Source of the DNA: a virus
Virus record (IMG/VR): IMGVR_UViG_3300046463_000164
Strand: one strand, 5' to 3'
DNA length: 64,000 nucleotides
The notes beneath the pieces are model-generated. The model searched no databases. It was not told where the DNA came from and saw nothing but the letters and a program-made list of their open reading frames with translations. Every line of letters begins with the position of its first letter. The stretch's first letter is position 1. Shown here piece after piece: positions 28,369 to 38,167 of the stretch. The position numbers and the translations under genes were made by a program.

Positions 28369-29545
28369 AATCGTAGCAGCAATCGTAGCTCGTAACGCAC
28401 TAGGCCGTCAACTGTCTTGGGCCGAACTTGGTGTTGTGTTTGAATTAAGCAAGGATGCGGTTCGTAGTCGCGTGATTCGCTTCAAAGAAAAATACAATAT
28501 TGTTGATGCCGATATTGTTCCTGGTTGGAACCGTACTTTCCTTGCTGCCCATACTCCGGAAAACGAAAAGGCTGGTCTTACCGGTTTGCGTTTGTATCCT
28601 GGTGATGTTACGGTAGATGAATCGGGTAATAAGGTTGTTTATTACAATCCGGATATGGAAGCAATTTGGCTTAATAGCGATGATAAGGTAGTGTTTGGGT
28701 TCACAGACTCGTATGATGAGTACACAGAGGAATCCATCAAGTTTGAGGTCGCTGAAGCAGTCCAAGCTGCCACTAAGCAGATCATCGAACCGCTACAATA
28801 TCTGATCACACCGGCAGTCTTGGTTGTGGTTCGTGACGGTAAGCCTTTGACTATCGATAAGACTCACAAGAACTTTGAAAAGATTCAGGCTTCGCTAGAG
28901 GCGGGTAATTGGCAAGACGTACTTGACTTCATCGACATGAAGAATACGCTTTCGCGCTATTCTAACGGGCGGGTGACGGTCGAGAACGGAAAGGTGACGC
29001 TAGATGGCGAGCCGGTCGCAGGTAAGGTCGTTCAGCGTCTAGTTAGCTCTCTATTAGAGGAAAATCTAGAGGCTCTAGAGGCGCTTTCTAGCTTCCTGGA
29101 TAAGTGTGACGAAAACCCTGACCATCGCGTCGTTTCGCGGATTTACGACTTCATTAGCCACAACGACTTGCGTTTGGATAAGGAAGGTTACGTGCTGGCC
29201 TATAAGGTAGTGCAACACAACTACCTGGATAAGTACACCAGCACCATGGACAATAGTCCGGGTCAACTGGTTAAGATGAAGCGTAACAAGGTGAACCCGC
29301 TTGATCACGAAACTTGTTCGTTTGGTCTACACGTAGCGGCTAAGGCGTATATTCCGCAATATGGCTCGCCCAGCTTGCGTACGGGTGGTGATCGGGTTGT
29401 TCTGTGTCGGGTTAATCCTAAAGACTTCGTGTCGATTCCGACCGATTACAATAGCATGAAGGCTCGCGTTTGTGAGTACGTGGTATTGAAGGACGTCACT
29501 GAGCTGTTCGTTAACAACGAGCTAGATGAAGGCATCGAAGCCTAA
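28355..29545 (+). CDS. rIIB: RIIB
   Basis: LAYKVV, MKRNKV, TCSFGLHV, VNPKDFVSIPTDYN..KARVCEY. Confidence 0.92.
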   Translation: MKSYEIVAAIVARNALGRQLSWAELGVVFELSKDAVRSRVIRFKEKYNIVDADIVPGWNRTFLAAHTPENEKAGLTGLRLYPGDVTVDESGNKVVYYNPDMEAIWLNSDDKVVFGFTDSYDEYTEESIKFEVAEAVQAATKQIIEPLQYLITPAVLVVVRDGKPLTIDKTHKNFEKIQASLEAGNWQDVLDFIDMKNTLSRYSNGRVTVENGKVTLDGEPVAGKVVQRLVSSLLEENLEALEALSSFLDKCDENPDHRVVSRIYDFISHNDLRLDKEGYVLAYKVVQHNYLDKYTSTMDNSPGQLVKMKRNKVNPLDHETCSFGLHVAAKAYIPQYGSPSLRTGGDRVVLCRVNPKDFVSIPTDYNSMKARVCEYVVLKDVTELFVNNELDEGIEA

Positions 29546-29791
29546 AATCCCAAATTATCGGTAAAAGCGACGGCGTATTTATTACCGTCGCTTTTTTACT
29601 ACTCATATAAAAATTCCTCCTTTTTACTTCCCTTTTAGCGTACTGAGAGTATAATATTACTTATCGGTTAGGGAGTAATTCGGGGGAAACGAGCCAGACT
29701 CTAATCGATCCCTGGACCGGGAGTTTTGGTTGACGCCTGAGGTAATAATTACCTAGGTTTAATTAACGCCTTTATATAAGGTATCAAGAAC

Positions 29792-30169
29792 ATGATCGCC
29801 GTCGAAAGCAAACAAAATGAAGTTGTTTCGGACGTTCAACAAAAGCAGACCAAGCAAGTATTCTTTGCTCAGATGATGGGCGTGTCGTTTGACCCCGACA
29901 ACACCATCGCAAAAAACGCAGAATTGATCAACATCATGAAGGCGGTGCCCGAAGGGGACATCGTTAAGGAGCAGAATCTTACAAGTTTCAGCATTCACCA
30001 TGCTGAGATGGGCTACCTTCTCCACAAGATTTACTGTAATACCCCTGAGGGTATGAAGTTGAATGTGGAGTACGATGGCATCTGGCCGTTTGAGGCCAAG
30101 GATGAAGACGGCAGCACCCGCGTTTTCAATGCGCAATTGATCACGATCAGCGAGCAACCGGTTCAATAA
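29792..30169 (+). CDS. Hypothetical protein
   Basis: Monocistronic ORF between a TATAAT (29650) and a terminator. Confidence 0.6.
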   Translation: MIAVESKQNEVVSDVQQKQTKQVFFAQMMGVSFDPDNTIAKNAELINIMKAVPEGDIVKEQNLTSFSIHHAEMGYLLHKIYCNTPEGMKLNVEYDGIWPFEAKDEDGSTRVFNAQLITISEQPVQ

Positions 30170-30193
30170 AAATCCCCGAAGTTCCAGACAAAG

Positions 30194-30226
30194 AAAAACC
30201 CTCCAAGCAATGCTTGGAGGGTTTTT
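30194..30226. terminator. Bidirectional terminator
   Basis: A run-CCCTCCAAGC-AAT-GCTTGGAGGG-T run. Confidence 0.85.
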
Positions 30227-30240
30227 GTCGTTTTAACTGC

Positions 30241-32436
30241 TTAAAAGTTGAGACCGTAGCCGTAAAGCGCTGAGGTGCTATCGTCGTTTCTAGTCTTCAT
30301 CTTCTGATTGACTAGCGTCGTGGAGTTGGTCTTCACGCTGTTGTCGGCAACTACTACCGCCTTGGCGTTGCCGTCCTTTTTGCTGTTCACGTCATCCTTC
30401 AGGTCGTTCACCGTATTCGTCTTATCCGTCAAGACTGAAGACGCGCTAGGTGAATTGTTCGGAACGACAGTACCACTTCCACCGCCCTTCCCGTAAGCCT
30501 GAAGCGATTTGGCGGTATCTCCCATTCCTGGGATATAGCTCAGCAAGTCACCAATCCCACCTACAATCCCTCTGAATCCGTCAAGAATAGCGTCAAACAG
30601 CTTGACCGCGTTTTTCTTGAAGCTGCCTTCAAGATCAGAGTCGAAACCTAGCCAGCCCGCAACCGTATCGAAGATTCCAAGGATAGAACTAACCACGTTC
30701 ACAAACCCGGAATAGATACGCTTGACATAATCGGAGTCAGAAACCTTCTCTCCAAACAGCGAAGATGCATCATTAAAGCCTTCGATGAACTTCCAAACGC
30801 CGCCGATAATCGCAGCAACTCCAGCAATTACAGGTAGGAATTCCGCCGCACCCAGAATCATGCTACCGATTCCCGAGAACGCACTAACGATTCCTGAGAA
30901 TAGCGAACCGATCCCGGAGATAATACCCGAGATAGACGGTAGCATCGATAGAATACCCCCGCCTGGCCCCTGCGTCGATCCTCCACTAGGTCCGTTAGAG
31001 GGTCCGTTGGCAGGCGCAGGAGCGGCCGAACTAGCCGCTGAGACGTGGGCTGCGTTATTCTGGTGAGCAAGCGCGGCTTTCTTCTCCTTCTTGTCCTTAC
31101 GTCCATCCAATATACCCTTAACGCCCTTGAAAATCTGAACGCCCGCAGCTAGTACAGGATTGTCTTCGGCAGCACCTGATTTGATCAGATTCTTAAAATC
31201 CTCTCCGTGCTTCACAGACTTGGCCAATTTCTGGTCCTTGTCCTTCAACGCCTTCTTCAAGTTGTGCGCCCGGATGATGCTTTCTTCCTTGTACTGATCT
31301 GTAATCTTCTTCATACGCAACTTATGATCTTGTTGCATATCCCGAATCTTTTGGATACGAGTCTTGTTCTTCGCTAGTTGATCAGCCTTCTGTTGAGCGA
31401 TACTGGCCTTGGCGTTTGCCATCTTGGTACGATGATCGTCGCGCAGGTCGTTCTTCAACTTCTTGATCTTCAAAGCAGCATCATCACGATCTTGTTTAAT
31501 CTTAGCCCGATCAGCATCATTCTTCAACTTCTGATCAGCCTTCTCTTGATCCAGCTTGGCCTTTCTAGCGTCGTTCTGTTGCTTGAGTTGGGTCTTCAGA
31601 TTGTCATAATTCTGCTTTTGCTTAAGCTTCAATGCAGCCAAGTCTTGCTTCTGCTGGACTACCTTAGCGTTGTGATCATCCTTTTGCTGCTTCAGCTTAT
31701 CGCGTCTAGCCTGTAGATCAATCTTCCGATCTTCCTCACGCTTCTTCAAATCGTCTTTTTGTTGTTTCAGAGAGTCTTTCTGCTTCTGTAATTGCTGTCT
31801 TCCTTCTTCCATCTTAGCAATATACTTGGCCTTTCGTTCTTCTGAAAGCTGTTTCATCTTCTCATTGTGTTCAGCAAGCATCTGCTTAGACACCAATTGA
31901 GCATCGGATACGATCTGTTTAGCTTTCGCCAGAGATTCTGCCTCTTGAGTCTTTTGGGCTTCCTTCAGCTTGAGCTTCTCGGCAGTCACTTCCCGCTTAG
32001 CAGCTTCCTTGATATTCTTAGCTTGGGTTTGAGCAACACTAAGAAGCATCATAGTTGCATTCTTAGTGTCTAGCGCAACACCATCAATATCAGCAAGCAA
32101 CTTGGTTCTACGCAGTTCTGTTACTTTGTCTGTTTTCTCAACAAAGTTACGAAATTCAAGTAGAGCCTTAGTTGCTTCCCGCTTGAAGGCAGCAGAATCT
32201 GACTTCTGAGACTTAGCGACTAGCTTCAAAGTATCCTTAGCAAACGCTGTGATGTCCTTTGAGGTCTCAGGTGAGTTCTTAGCGCTGAGAGCCTTAGCCA
32301 ACTCTCTCAGCCCCTTCGCCTCAGCCGTTTCGGTCTTGGGAGTTGCCTGAGGGGTTCCCTTCTTACTTTCTTTAGGAGTCTCTGATATGCGATTACCTGC
32401 TGACTTTGTGGACTTCTTTTCTAATACTTCTGCCAT
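30241..32436 (-). CDS. Tape measure / baseplate hub protein (gp29-like position)
   Basis: Long K/Q-rich coiled coil plus Gly-rich hydrophobic amphipathic C-terminal region; downstream of gp48-gp53-gp27. Confidence 0.65.
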   Translation of the reverse strand: MAEVLEKKSTKSAGNRISETPKESKKGTPQATPKTETAEAKGLRELAKALSAKNSPETSKDITAFAKDTLKLVAKSQKSDSAAFKREATKALLEFRNFVEKTDKVTELRRTKLLADIDGVALDTKNATMMLLSVAQTQAKNIKEAAKREVTAEKLKLKEAQKTQEAESLAKAKQIVSDAQLVSKQMLAEHNEKMKQLSEERKAKYIAKMEEGRQQLQKQKDSLKQQKDDLKKREEDRKIDLQARRDKLKQQKDDHNAKVVQQKQDLAALKLKQKQNYDNLKTQLKQQNDARKAKLDQEKADQKLKNDADRAKIKQDRDDAALKIKKLKNDLRDDHRTKMANAKASIAQQKADQLAKNKTRIQKIRDMQQDHKLRMKKITDQYKEESIIRAHNLKKALKDKDQKLAKSVKHGEDFKNLIKSGAAEDNPVLAAGVQIFKGVKGILDGRKDKKEKKAALAHQNNAAHVSAASSAAPAPANGPSNGPSGGSTQGPGGGILSMLPSISGIISGIGSLFSGIVSAFSGIGSMILGAAEFLPVIAGVAAIIGGVWKFIEGFNDASSLFGEKVSDSDYVKRIYSGFVNVVSSILGIFDTVAGWLGFDSDLEGSFKKNAVKLFDAILDGFRGIVGGIGDLLSYIPGMGDTAKSLQAYGKGGGSGTVVPNNSPSASSVLTDKTNTVNDLKDDVNSKKDGNAKAVVVADNSVKTNSTTLVNQKMKTRNDDSTSALYGYGLNF

Positions 32437-32447
32437 TTATTTTCTCC

Positions 32448-33665
32448 TTACATTGCCGTAACGTCGGCATCGAAACTGTCCTTGGTCAGTTCACAAGTCA
32501 TAGAATAGGTAGTCTTGGTGATCAGATGCTTAATTGATACCATAAGCCACTTACCTGAAGAGTATTTCTCAATATCCACACCCAAACCTGACCTGGAGGG
32601 AATCTCCATCCAAACGACATCGCCGGTCTTCACCGCGCTATCTCCAGGAATGTTGACCAATATCTTCAGGTTGGCCATCATACTCAGATTAGCTTTTCTC
32701 GTGTATCCGTTCAAGTGGGATTGGTCTGCTCTCCAAGGAATATACCCGGTTAATGATCTATTGTCCTTCATAGGATCATTCAAGGGATATTTATTCAGCT
32801 TGATATCCTTGGCGCTGAAGACGTCATCATAGGTGTTAACCGATTTACTAATGCGCTTGTTATTCAGATCAACCGAGTAGTTATTTGCACCAAAGGCATT
32901 ATCTGAATATTGTTGCAATCGGTTATTGCCTGATTCATAATCGAAATCATATACCGTGTTGAACATTCTATCAGGATCGCCCTGATCTGCCTGATTACGG
33001 CTTCCAATATAAAGAATCTTGTTATAGTCGGCCCGGTACAGTTCCTTCAGACTCTTAAACTGATACCCCATCGGAGTCTCCCAAAAGAACATTGGGGACA
33101 TCGACTGACTATTGGCTCTACCTGCGCAAAACTTCAGAGCCTTGAATATATTACAAGAAGGAGCAACGTAGGTAACAACCCCTACAGAAGTTTCCTTGGT
33201 TAGAGTCTTTTTGGTGCCGGTTGACTTTATGATACGTTCGATGATATCAGAATAGGTTCCATTGTAACCCGCTGAAGCGTCGTTGTTAGCTGCCCACCAG
33301 ACTTCAGGAGTGCAGAGCTTCAGGTGACTTACCTGAATGTTGCTGGTATCGTTCTCTAAGCCTCTATCGCCAATTCCATATACAATGAAGTCCAAAGATA
33401 TGACTTCTGTGTAGATCGGGGTCTTGTATGTGATGCTGACAGTCTCTCCGCCAACAATCGGAAACGTACCAACAAGGTTAATCTGGTCAGTTATGATAAG
33501 GTCGGCAGATAGAGCAGTCTGGAACAAGTCTTCATAAATGATGAGCTGCCCCAGTAAAGCCGATATATCCACAACTGTACCGGCAGGCTTCTTTAGCGTT
33601 AGAGTCTGAATCTCAATTTGATTTCCAGAATCATAAAGCGCTCCAGCCGTTTTAGTTGTAGCCAT
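32448..33665 (-). CDS. Baseplate hub protein (gp27-like)
   Basis: IYEDLF, PIVGGE, FFWET..GYQFKSL, IPGDS...GD, SGKWLMVSIKH. Confidence 0.75.
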   Translation of the reverse strand: MATTKTAGALYDSGNQIEIQTLTLKKPAGTVVDISALLGQLIIYEDLFQTALSADLIITDQINLVGTFPIVGGETVSITYKTPIYTEVISLDFIVYGIGDRGLENDTSNIQVSHLKLCTPEVWWAANNDASAGYNGTYSDIIERIIKSTGTKKTLTKETSVGVVTYVAPSCNIFKALKFCAGRANSQSMSPMFFWETPMGYQFKSLKELYRADYNKILYIGSRNQADQGDPDRMFNTVYDFDYESGNNRLQQYSDNAFGANNYSVDLNNKRISKSVNTYDDVFSAKDIKLNKYPLNDPMKDNRSLTGYIPWRADQSHLNGYTRKANLSMMANLKILVNIPGDSAVKTGDVVWMEIPSRSGLGVDIEKYSSGKWLMVSIKHLITKTTYSMTCELTKDSFDADVTAM

Positions 33666-33667
33666 GT

Positions 33668-34216
33668 TTATGCCCCTTGCATTGCTGCTTCGAATTGTGT
33701 TTGTACTGTACTAATAAAATCAGGATCAACAAGCTTGATATTACGTTTCTGCTCGTTCAATCCGAACTCAAAATCTTGAATGGTAATGGGTTCAAGACCG
33801 CCCAGATCGATAGCCTGACTATCGTCCGTCACCCCTAGAGCAATCCGGGTTGATAGCAGATCAGCCACCATTCCATCGCCGTTGACGTAGTGATGAACGT
33901 CCGTCACTGGATTGCTATTAGGATACTTCACGGCGATGTAGTCATTCAGTTGCTCATAACTACGCGGCCATTGATTATCAAAATCATAGATGTTATTCAT
34001 CATAAGGATGGTCCACCAATACTCTACCGAACCATACAAACGATATGAAATCATATGAGGGAGTTCGCCATCACGGACTGTATAAGGAATTTGGACTGTT
34101 GCGTCTTTCCTCCAAGCATCCGTGATATCAGCAAACGCCGTTAGATCGTTCATCAGGATGGTCGATCCATCAGGTTGATTCACCCAGACGTTGCCTAAAA
34201 ATTTGAAGAATGCCAT
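33668..34216 (-). CDS. 53: Baseplate wedge protein gp53
   Basis: YTVRDGELPHMISYRLYGSVEYWWTILMMNNIYD..WP; NEQKRNIKL. Confidence 0.88.
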   Translation of the reverse strand: MAFFKFLGNVWVNQPDGSTILMNDLTAFADITDAWRKDATVQIPYTVRDGELPHMISYRLYGSVEYWWTILMMNNIYDFDNQWPRSYEQLNDYIAVKYPNSNPVTDVHHYVNGDGMVADLLSTRIALGVTDDSQAIDLGGLEPITIQDFEFGLNEQKRNIKLVDPDFISTVQTQFEAAMQGA

Positions 34217-34228
34217 TGTCGTTTATCC

Positions 34229-35203
34229 TTAAAATGTGGAACCCGTATTGTTTGCATCCGTGCCCACAAGGTCTTTGTGTAGAACAGTAAGTTCATTGAA
34301 TTGTAGATCCAACGTGTAAGAGTTAGGTGAGCCGCCGGTTGTTTTGATGTATGAACCGTTAGGCGTGTAGTTGGTTCTAACATTAGTTAGCGCGCAGGTA
34401 CTGATACGCGGAATGTAACGGTTAGGCGCTCCATCCTGCCAAAACACAATATCGAAGCTAGATGGATACAATAGATAAGCATTACCGTTACCCACATCCT
34501 TGCGGAACTCAGGAAGCATGTGGAATCTAAACAAGCGAAGCATATTATCTAGTGCGTCGGCTTCACCTTGGTTTCTCGGAGTTAGAGTCCAGCTGAAGTG
34601 GAACGTGCGATTATCAACGTTCTTGAATAGAGTTTCTGCATAGTCATTAGCGACTGTAGCCGTTGCCAATGAAGCCAACTCCTTGCCCTTGATCGCACCG
34701 CCTGCTAGCTTGGATGCAATCGAACCCACCGTTGAAATAGCCATCTGCTTTACCAATTCTACGCCGCCGCTCAAGCTCAAATCCTTCATATCGGTGGCTT
34801 GGTCAATCGCCATACCTAGCTGACCAAAATCCGTCTTAGACCAGTTGGACTGTAGCGTAAAGTCTAGATTGTGAGGAATCGGCAATGTGATAGATTGGTT
34901 ACTACGAACGAATGTGTTGGAGAAAACCTTCGTGTTATTGCCGTTGTCTTTCTGTAGTCCGGTGGACACTTGAGAGATAACCGGCATCTCACCATAGGGA
35001 GATTTGATTGTATTCTTAGCGCTTGCGGTTCCGGTTTGGAACGTGACTTGAGATTTACTGTTCTTGATCGTATTGATGAAGAACGTCATTGACGCTCCAT
35101 CCTGACCCGGATTCAATAGGTCTGACGGGAAAATCAAATTTGTTGGGGTGGAATTAGAATCGGTTCCGTTTAGTTTTGCGACTTTGCTTTGTGCCGTAGC
35201 CAT
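34229..35203 (-). CDS. 48: Baseplate tail-tube cap gp48
   Basis: RTFHFSWTLTPRNQGEA, YPSSFDI, CALTNVRTNYTPNG, LQFNEL. Confidence 0.85.
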   Translation of the reverse strand: MATAQSKVAKLNGTDSNSTPTNLIFPSDLLNPGQDGASMTFFINTIKNSKSQVTFQTGTASAKNTIKSPYGEMPVISQVSTGLQKDNGNNTKVFSNTFVRSNQSITLPIPHNLDFTLQSNWSKTDFGQLGMAIDQATDMKDLSLSGGVELVKQMAISTVGSIASKLAGGAIKGKELASLATATVANDYAETLFKNVDNRTFHFSWTLTPRNQGEADALDNMLRLFRFHMLPEFRKDVGNGNAYLLYPSSFDIVFWQDGAPNRYIPRISTCALTNVRTNYTPNGSYIKTTGGSPNSYTLDLQFNELTVLHKDLVGTDANNTGSTF

Positions 35204-35213
35204 ACTCAATCCT

Positions 35214-35248
35214 TTAAATAAAAGGTGTATACAATATCTAATATTTAG
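35214..35248. promoter_or_regulatory. Pair of late promoters for divergent genes 48 and 4
   Basis: TTAAATA (+) at 35214-35220 and CTAAATA (-) at 35242-35248. Confidence 0.65.
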
Positions 35249-35257
35249 AGGAAACCA

Positions 35258-35740
35258 ATGAACAAGTGGCTGAAGGGCAAATTCACCTGCCAAAACCCCA
35301 AGAAATATAAAGGTGACGCGGGCAACATCACATACCGTTCTTCATGGGAGCGAACGTTCATGGTGTGGTGCGATACTGAGCCTGATATTCTGGCTTGGGG
35401 CTCTGAGGAAATTGCGATTTGGTATTTTGATCCGATTCAAAATAAGAAACGGAAATACATGGTAGACTTCCAGATAGTAACACGTAAGCCGGATGGTCAA
35501 TATAAGGTCACGATGATTGAGATCAAACCGTATAAGCAGACGGTCAAGCCTAGAGCAACACGAGCTAAGTCTGAAAAGACGATTCTCAGCGAACAGACTA
35601 CTTGGTTGACCAATCAGGCTAAATGGCGAGCCGCCATCGAATTCGCCAATCAGAAAGGGTGGTGCTTTAAGATTATCACTGAGCGGGAGTTATTCGGCGG
35701 AATAGATCGCGGATTTAAGCCGCAGAAACCCTCTAAATGA
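35258..35740 (+). CDS. 4: Head completion nuclease gp4 (TnsA-like)
   Basis: NPKKYKGD...YRSSWE, WGSEE, YMVDF, IEIKP, NQAKW. Confidence 0.92.
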   Translation: MNKWLKGKFTCQNPKKYKGDAGNITYRSSWERTFMVWCDTEPDILAWGSEEIAIWYFDPIQNKKRKYMVDFQIVTRKPDGQYKVTMIEIKPYKQTVKPRATRAKSEKTILSEQTTWLTNQAKWRAAIEFANQKGWCFKIITERELFGGIDRGFKPQKPSK

Positions 35741-35755
35741 GCTGCTAGAGCGTTA

Positions 35756-35788
35756 AAAAGCCCCGTCCATCTAAGGATCGGGGCTTTT
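35756..35788. terminator. Bidirectional terminator
   Basis: AAAAAGCCCCG...CGGGGCTTTT between convergent genes. Confidence 0.7.
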
Positions 35789-35815
35789 ATTATTAGAGGC
35801 TTAGAGGCTCATCTA

Positions 35816-36361
35816 TCACTCAGCGTCTTTACCGTTGACTTGAACTCTCAGAGTTGAGTAGAAGTTAATCCACCCATTCACTTGCTGTTGGCACTGGTAG
35901 AAACGTTTGTAATTACCGGTGATGACTTTGATTGCGTCGCCCGTAGTAACTGGAGGTTGCCCGGCACTACCATCAGCTGAGCTGGAGCTTCCGGCAATCG
36001 CGTCTTGATCGTAGGAACTGGCGGCACTGTCGTGCAAGCGCACAAACTCAGGATCAAGCCCAGTAGAAGAATTTTTGTCTTGTTGAACATAATGATTTAC
36101 GTCCTGGTTAATGGTTTTGTATTTCGTGATGATACGGTCTCTATACACGATAACTTGGGAAGCAGATTTATCCGCTGTGGCTTGGAGGCTATCATTTTGT
36201 TTGACAACCTTATCATCCGCCTTGATGACGGCTACTGCCTGAACTTGCTTCTGATGATCAATACCTTTCTCATATGAGAAGAAGGCGGTGGCCAACAAGG
36301 CAGCAATAGCGATAGCCCCGATGACCAAATACTTCCTAATGGAAGCGAGGAATAGTAACAT
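35816..36361 (-). CDS. i-spanin (Rz-like)
   Basis: Single N-terminal TM helix, coiled periplasmic domain, FVRLHD, C-terminal NY...YQC. Confidence 0.75.
   Translation of the reverse strand: MLLFLASIRKYLVIGAIAIAALLATAFFSYEKGIDHQKQVQAVAVIKADDKVVKQNDSLQATADKSASQVIVYRDRIITKYKTINQDVNHYVQQDKNSSTGLDPEFVRLHDSAASSYDQDAIAGSSSSADGSAGQPPVTTGDAIKVITGNYKRFYQCQQQVNGWINFYSTLRVQVNGKDAE
35878..36090 (-). CDS. o-spanin lipoprotein (Rz1-like), nested in the i-spanin gene
   Basis: MFNKTKILLLGLILSLCAC lipoprotein signal and Pro-rich mature part, in an alternate frame. Confidence 0.72.
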   Translation of the reverse strand: MFNKTKILLLGLILSLCACTTVPPVPTIKTRLPEAPAQLMVVPGNLQLLRATQSKSSPVITNVSTSANSK

Positions 36362-36372
36362 TTGATTCTCCT

Positions 36373-37380
36373 TTACTTACTGGGATACTTAGAGAAACCA
36401 CGAACATCAGTCTTCAAACTCCCCAGCTGATTCTTGGTGTCATTAAGAACTCCGACGACTTCATTACGAACGTCCTGAGGAACGTGAGCCAAGGATTTGA
36501 AGTCTTTCACGACTCCGTTGATTGTCTTAACGCCATCCAATACCTGCATCTTAGCATCACGTACTTGCTGCCTAACGTCATTAGCTACAGCCAGCGCTCC
36601 TTGTAGTTGTCCTCTGAATTCCTTGATAGTTCCAACCGCAGTCTGAACCGCTGAAGAGAAACTATCCAATCCAGGAATCGGCAATAGACGGTTCTTACCA
36701 GACCCAACCCCAGGAATAGCCGAAACCGGAACGCCTGAACCTGCCGTTGGATCTCCCGTACCGCGAGCATCATCACCATAAACGATTCTATGGAAGGCCC
36801 AATTGATATCTAGCAGAGTTTGTTGATTCTGAGATGTTCTGTCCAATCTCAACGCTCCCATGGAGGTCGGATAGGCTTCAAACAATGTGTACTTATAGAC
36901 GATGTTGTCTTGATTATCTAGGCATTCTACAATAACGGTAGACACATAGTTATCATAAAACTCAACGGAAGTATTAGATTCCTGATGGATGATATTGAAC
37001 CAAGCGTCAAATAGGCTTTTCTCGGCATACTTACCAGTTACCAAGAATGTGGTGCTGACGTCACCATATGTACGACCGTAAGCAATCTTACGGCTGTAGT
37101 TGCCGTATGCAAAGTCTGAGACGTTTTCTGATCTAGATGGGATATCGATCATCAGACAAGTAAGGCTGATGTTATTGCCTGTGTCTGTAGTCTGAGCCTT
37201 TCCCATAGTGTTCTTGGCATCGCCAATAATTTGCATATAGGATTCGCCGGGACTCAAGCTGGAAGCAGGCGCAGTCGTCAACGCCGATGGTAGGTTGAAA
37301 GTCACCTTGAATCGGTTGTTTTTAGCGATTCCAGTTTTCTTCACCAAATTAATGAAATCGCTTAGGGTATTTGTAGCCAT
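36373..37380 (-). CDS. 54: Baseplate tail-tube initiator gp54-like
   Basis: GIAKNNRFKV, FDAWFNII, FYDNYV, LFEAYPTSMG; GGAG RBS before ATG 37380. Confidence 0.78.
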   Translation of the reverse strand: MATNTLSDFINLVKKTGIAKNNRFKVTFNLPSALTTAPASSLSPGESYMQIIGDAKNTMGKAQTTDTGNNISLTCLMIDIPSRSENVSDFAYGNYSRKIAYGRTYGDVSTTFLVTGKYAEKSLFDAWFNIIHQESNTSVEFYDNYVSTVIVECLDNQDNIVYKYTLFEAYPTSMGALRLDRTSQNQQTLLDINWAFHRIVYGDDARGTGDPTAGSGVPVSAIPGVGSGKNRLLPIPGLDSFSSAVQTAVGTIKEFRGQLQGALAVANDVRQQVRDAKMQVLDGVKTINGVVKDFKSLAHVPQDVRNEVVGVLNDTKNQLGSLKTDVRGFSKYPSK

Positions 37381-37391
37381 GGAATCTCCGG

Positions 37392-37422
37392 TTAAATAAT
37401 GATGACCATTTATATTATTTAG
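37392..37422. promoter_or_regulatory. Pair of late promoters for divergent genes 54 and 2
   Basis: TTAAATA (+) at 37392-37398 and CTAAATA (-) at 37416-37422. Confidence 0.65.
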
Positions 37423-37431
37423 GAACAAGAC

Positions 37432-38136
37432 ATGGCTAGCAGTATTGACATTGATGATGAAGATTATATTCGTCCTGAAATTATACAATCATTCACAGAC
37501 AAATTTGCTGTAGCTTCTCAGAACGGGGCTGTAATGCAAAGACACAGCCGTGAAAGTCTTGACTGGTTCCGTAAGACCGTAATCAAGAACACCCGCTATA
37601 ATCGCAAGCGTATCATTAAGGGTAATGGGGATTACAAGATCAGAAAGGGTCGTGAAGGTAGAACGACTCTGGTTGGCCGACTCTATTATTTTGAGTACGA
37701 CGCACAGGAAGCAGGTGATCGTGAGCTGGGAGTTTACGACCGATACCCTATGGTATTCGTCTTCAACACATCGGTTTCTAAGGAAGGGCATAAGCTGGTA
37801 CATGCTATCAATATGCACTATCTTGTCCCTAGAGAACGCGCCCTAGTCTATCTGAAACTGATGAAGATTAGGAACAAGAAGGGATGGACTAACGCGACGA
37901 AGCTGAAAGCTAGTTGGGCTATATTGAAGCAAGTTGCCCAACATTCGCTATTGAAACGAGCCGTCCACACCTATCGGGTTGACCGGGTGGTGGGAAGCCG
38001 TATGGTGGAGATTCACGCCTATGACTGGGAAATTGCAATTTTCCTACAGTTGGCGCAATGGGTCAAACCGGGCAATCAGGAAACCGATCAGAGATCAGTC
38101 AAAGAGACTCACGCACGTAGAGCAAGAGCTACATAA
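37432..38136 (+). CDS. 2: DNA end protector gp2
   Basis: SLDWF, GRLYYFEYDA, YDRYPMV, INMHYL, W..AIFL. Confidence 0.85.
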   Translation: MASSIDIDDEDYIRPEIIQSFTDKFAVASQNGAVMQRHSRESLDWFRKTVIKNTRYNRKRIIKGNGDYKIRKGREGRTTLVGRLYYFEYDAQEAGDRELGVYDRYPMVFVFNTSVSKEGHKLVHAINMHYLVPRERALVYLKLMKIRNKKGWTNATKLKASWAILKQVAQHSLLKRAVHTYRVDRVVGSRMVEIHAYDWEIAIFLQLAQWVKPGNQETDQRSVKETHARRARAT

Positions 38137-38137
38137 G

Positions 38138-38167
38138 AAAAGCCCGACTCATTGAGTCGGGCTTTTT
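38138..38167. terminator. Bidirectional terminator
   Basis: AAAAGCCCGACTC-ATT-GAGTCGGGCTTTTT. Confidence 0.85.
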
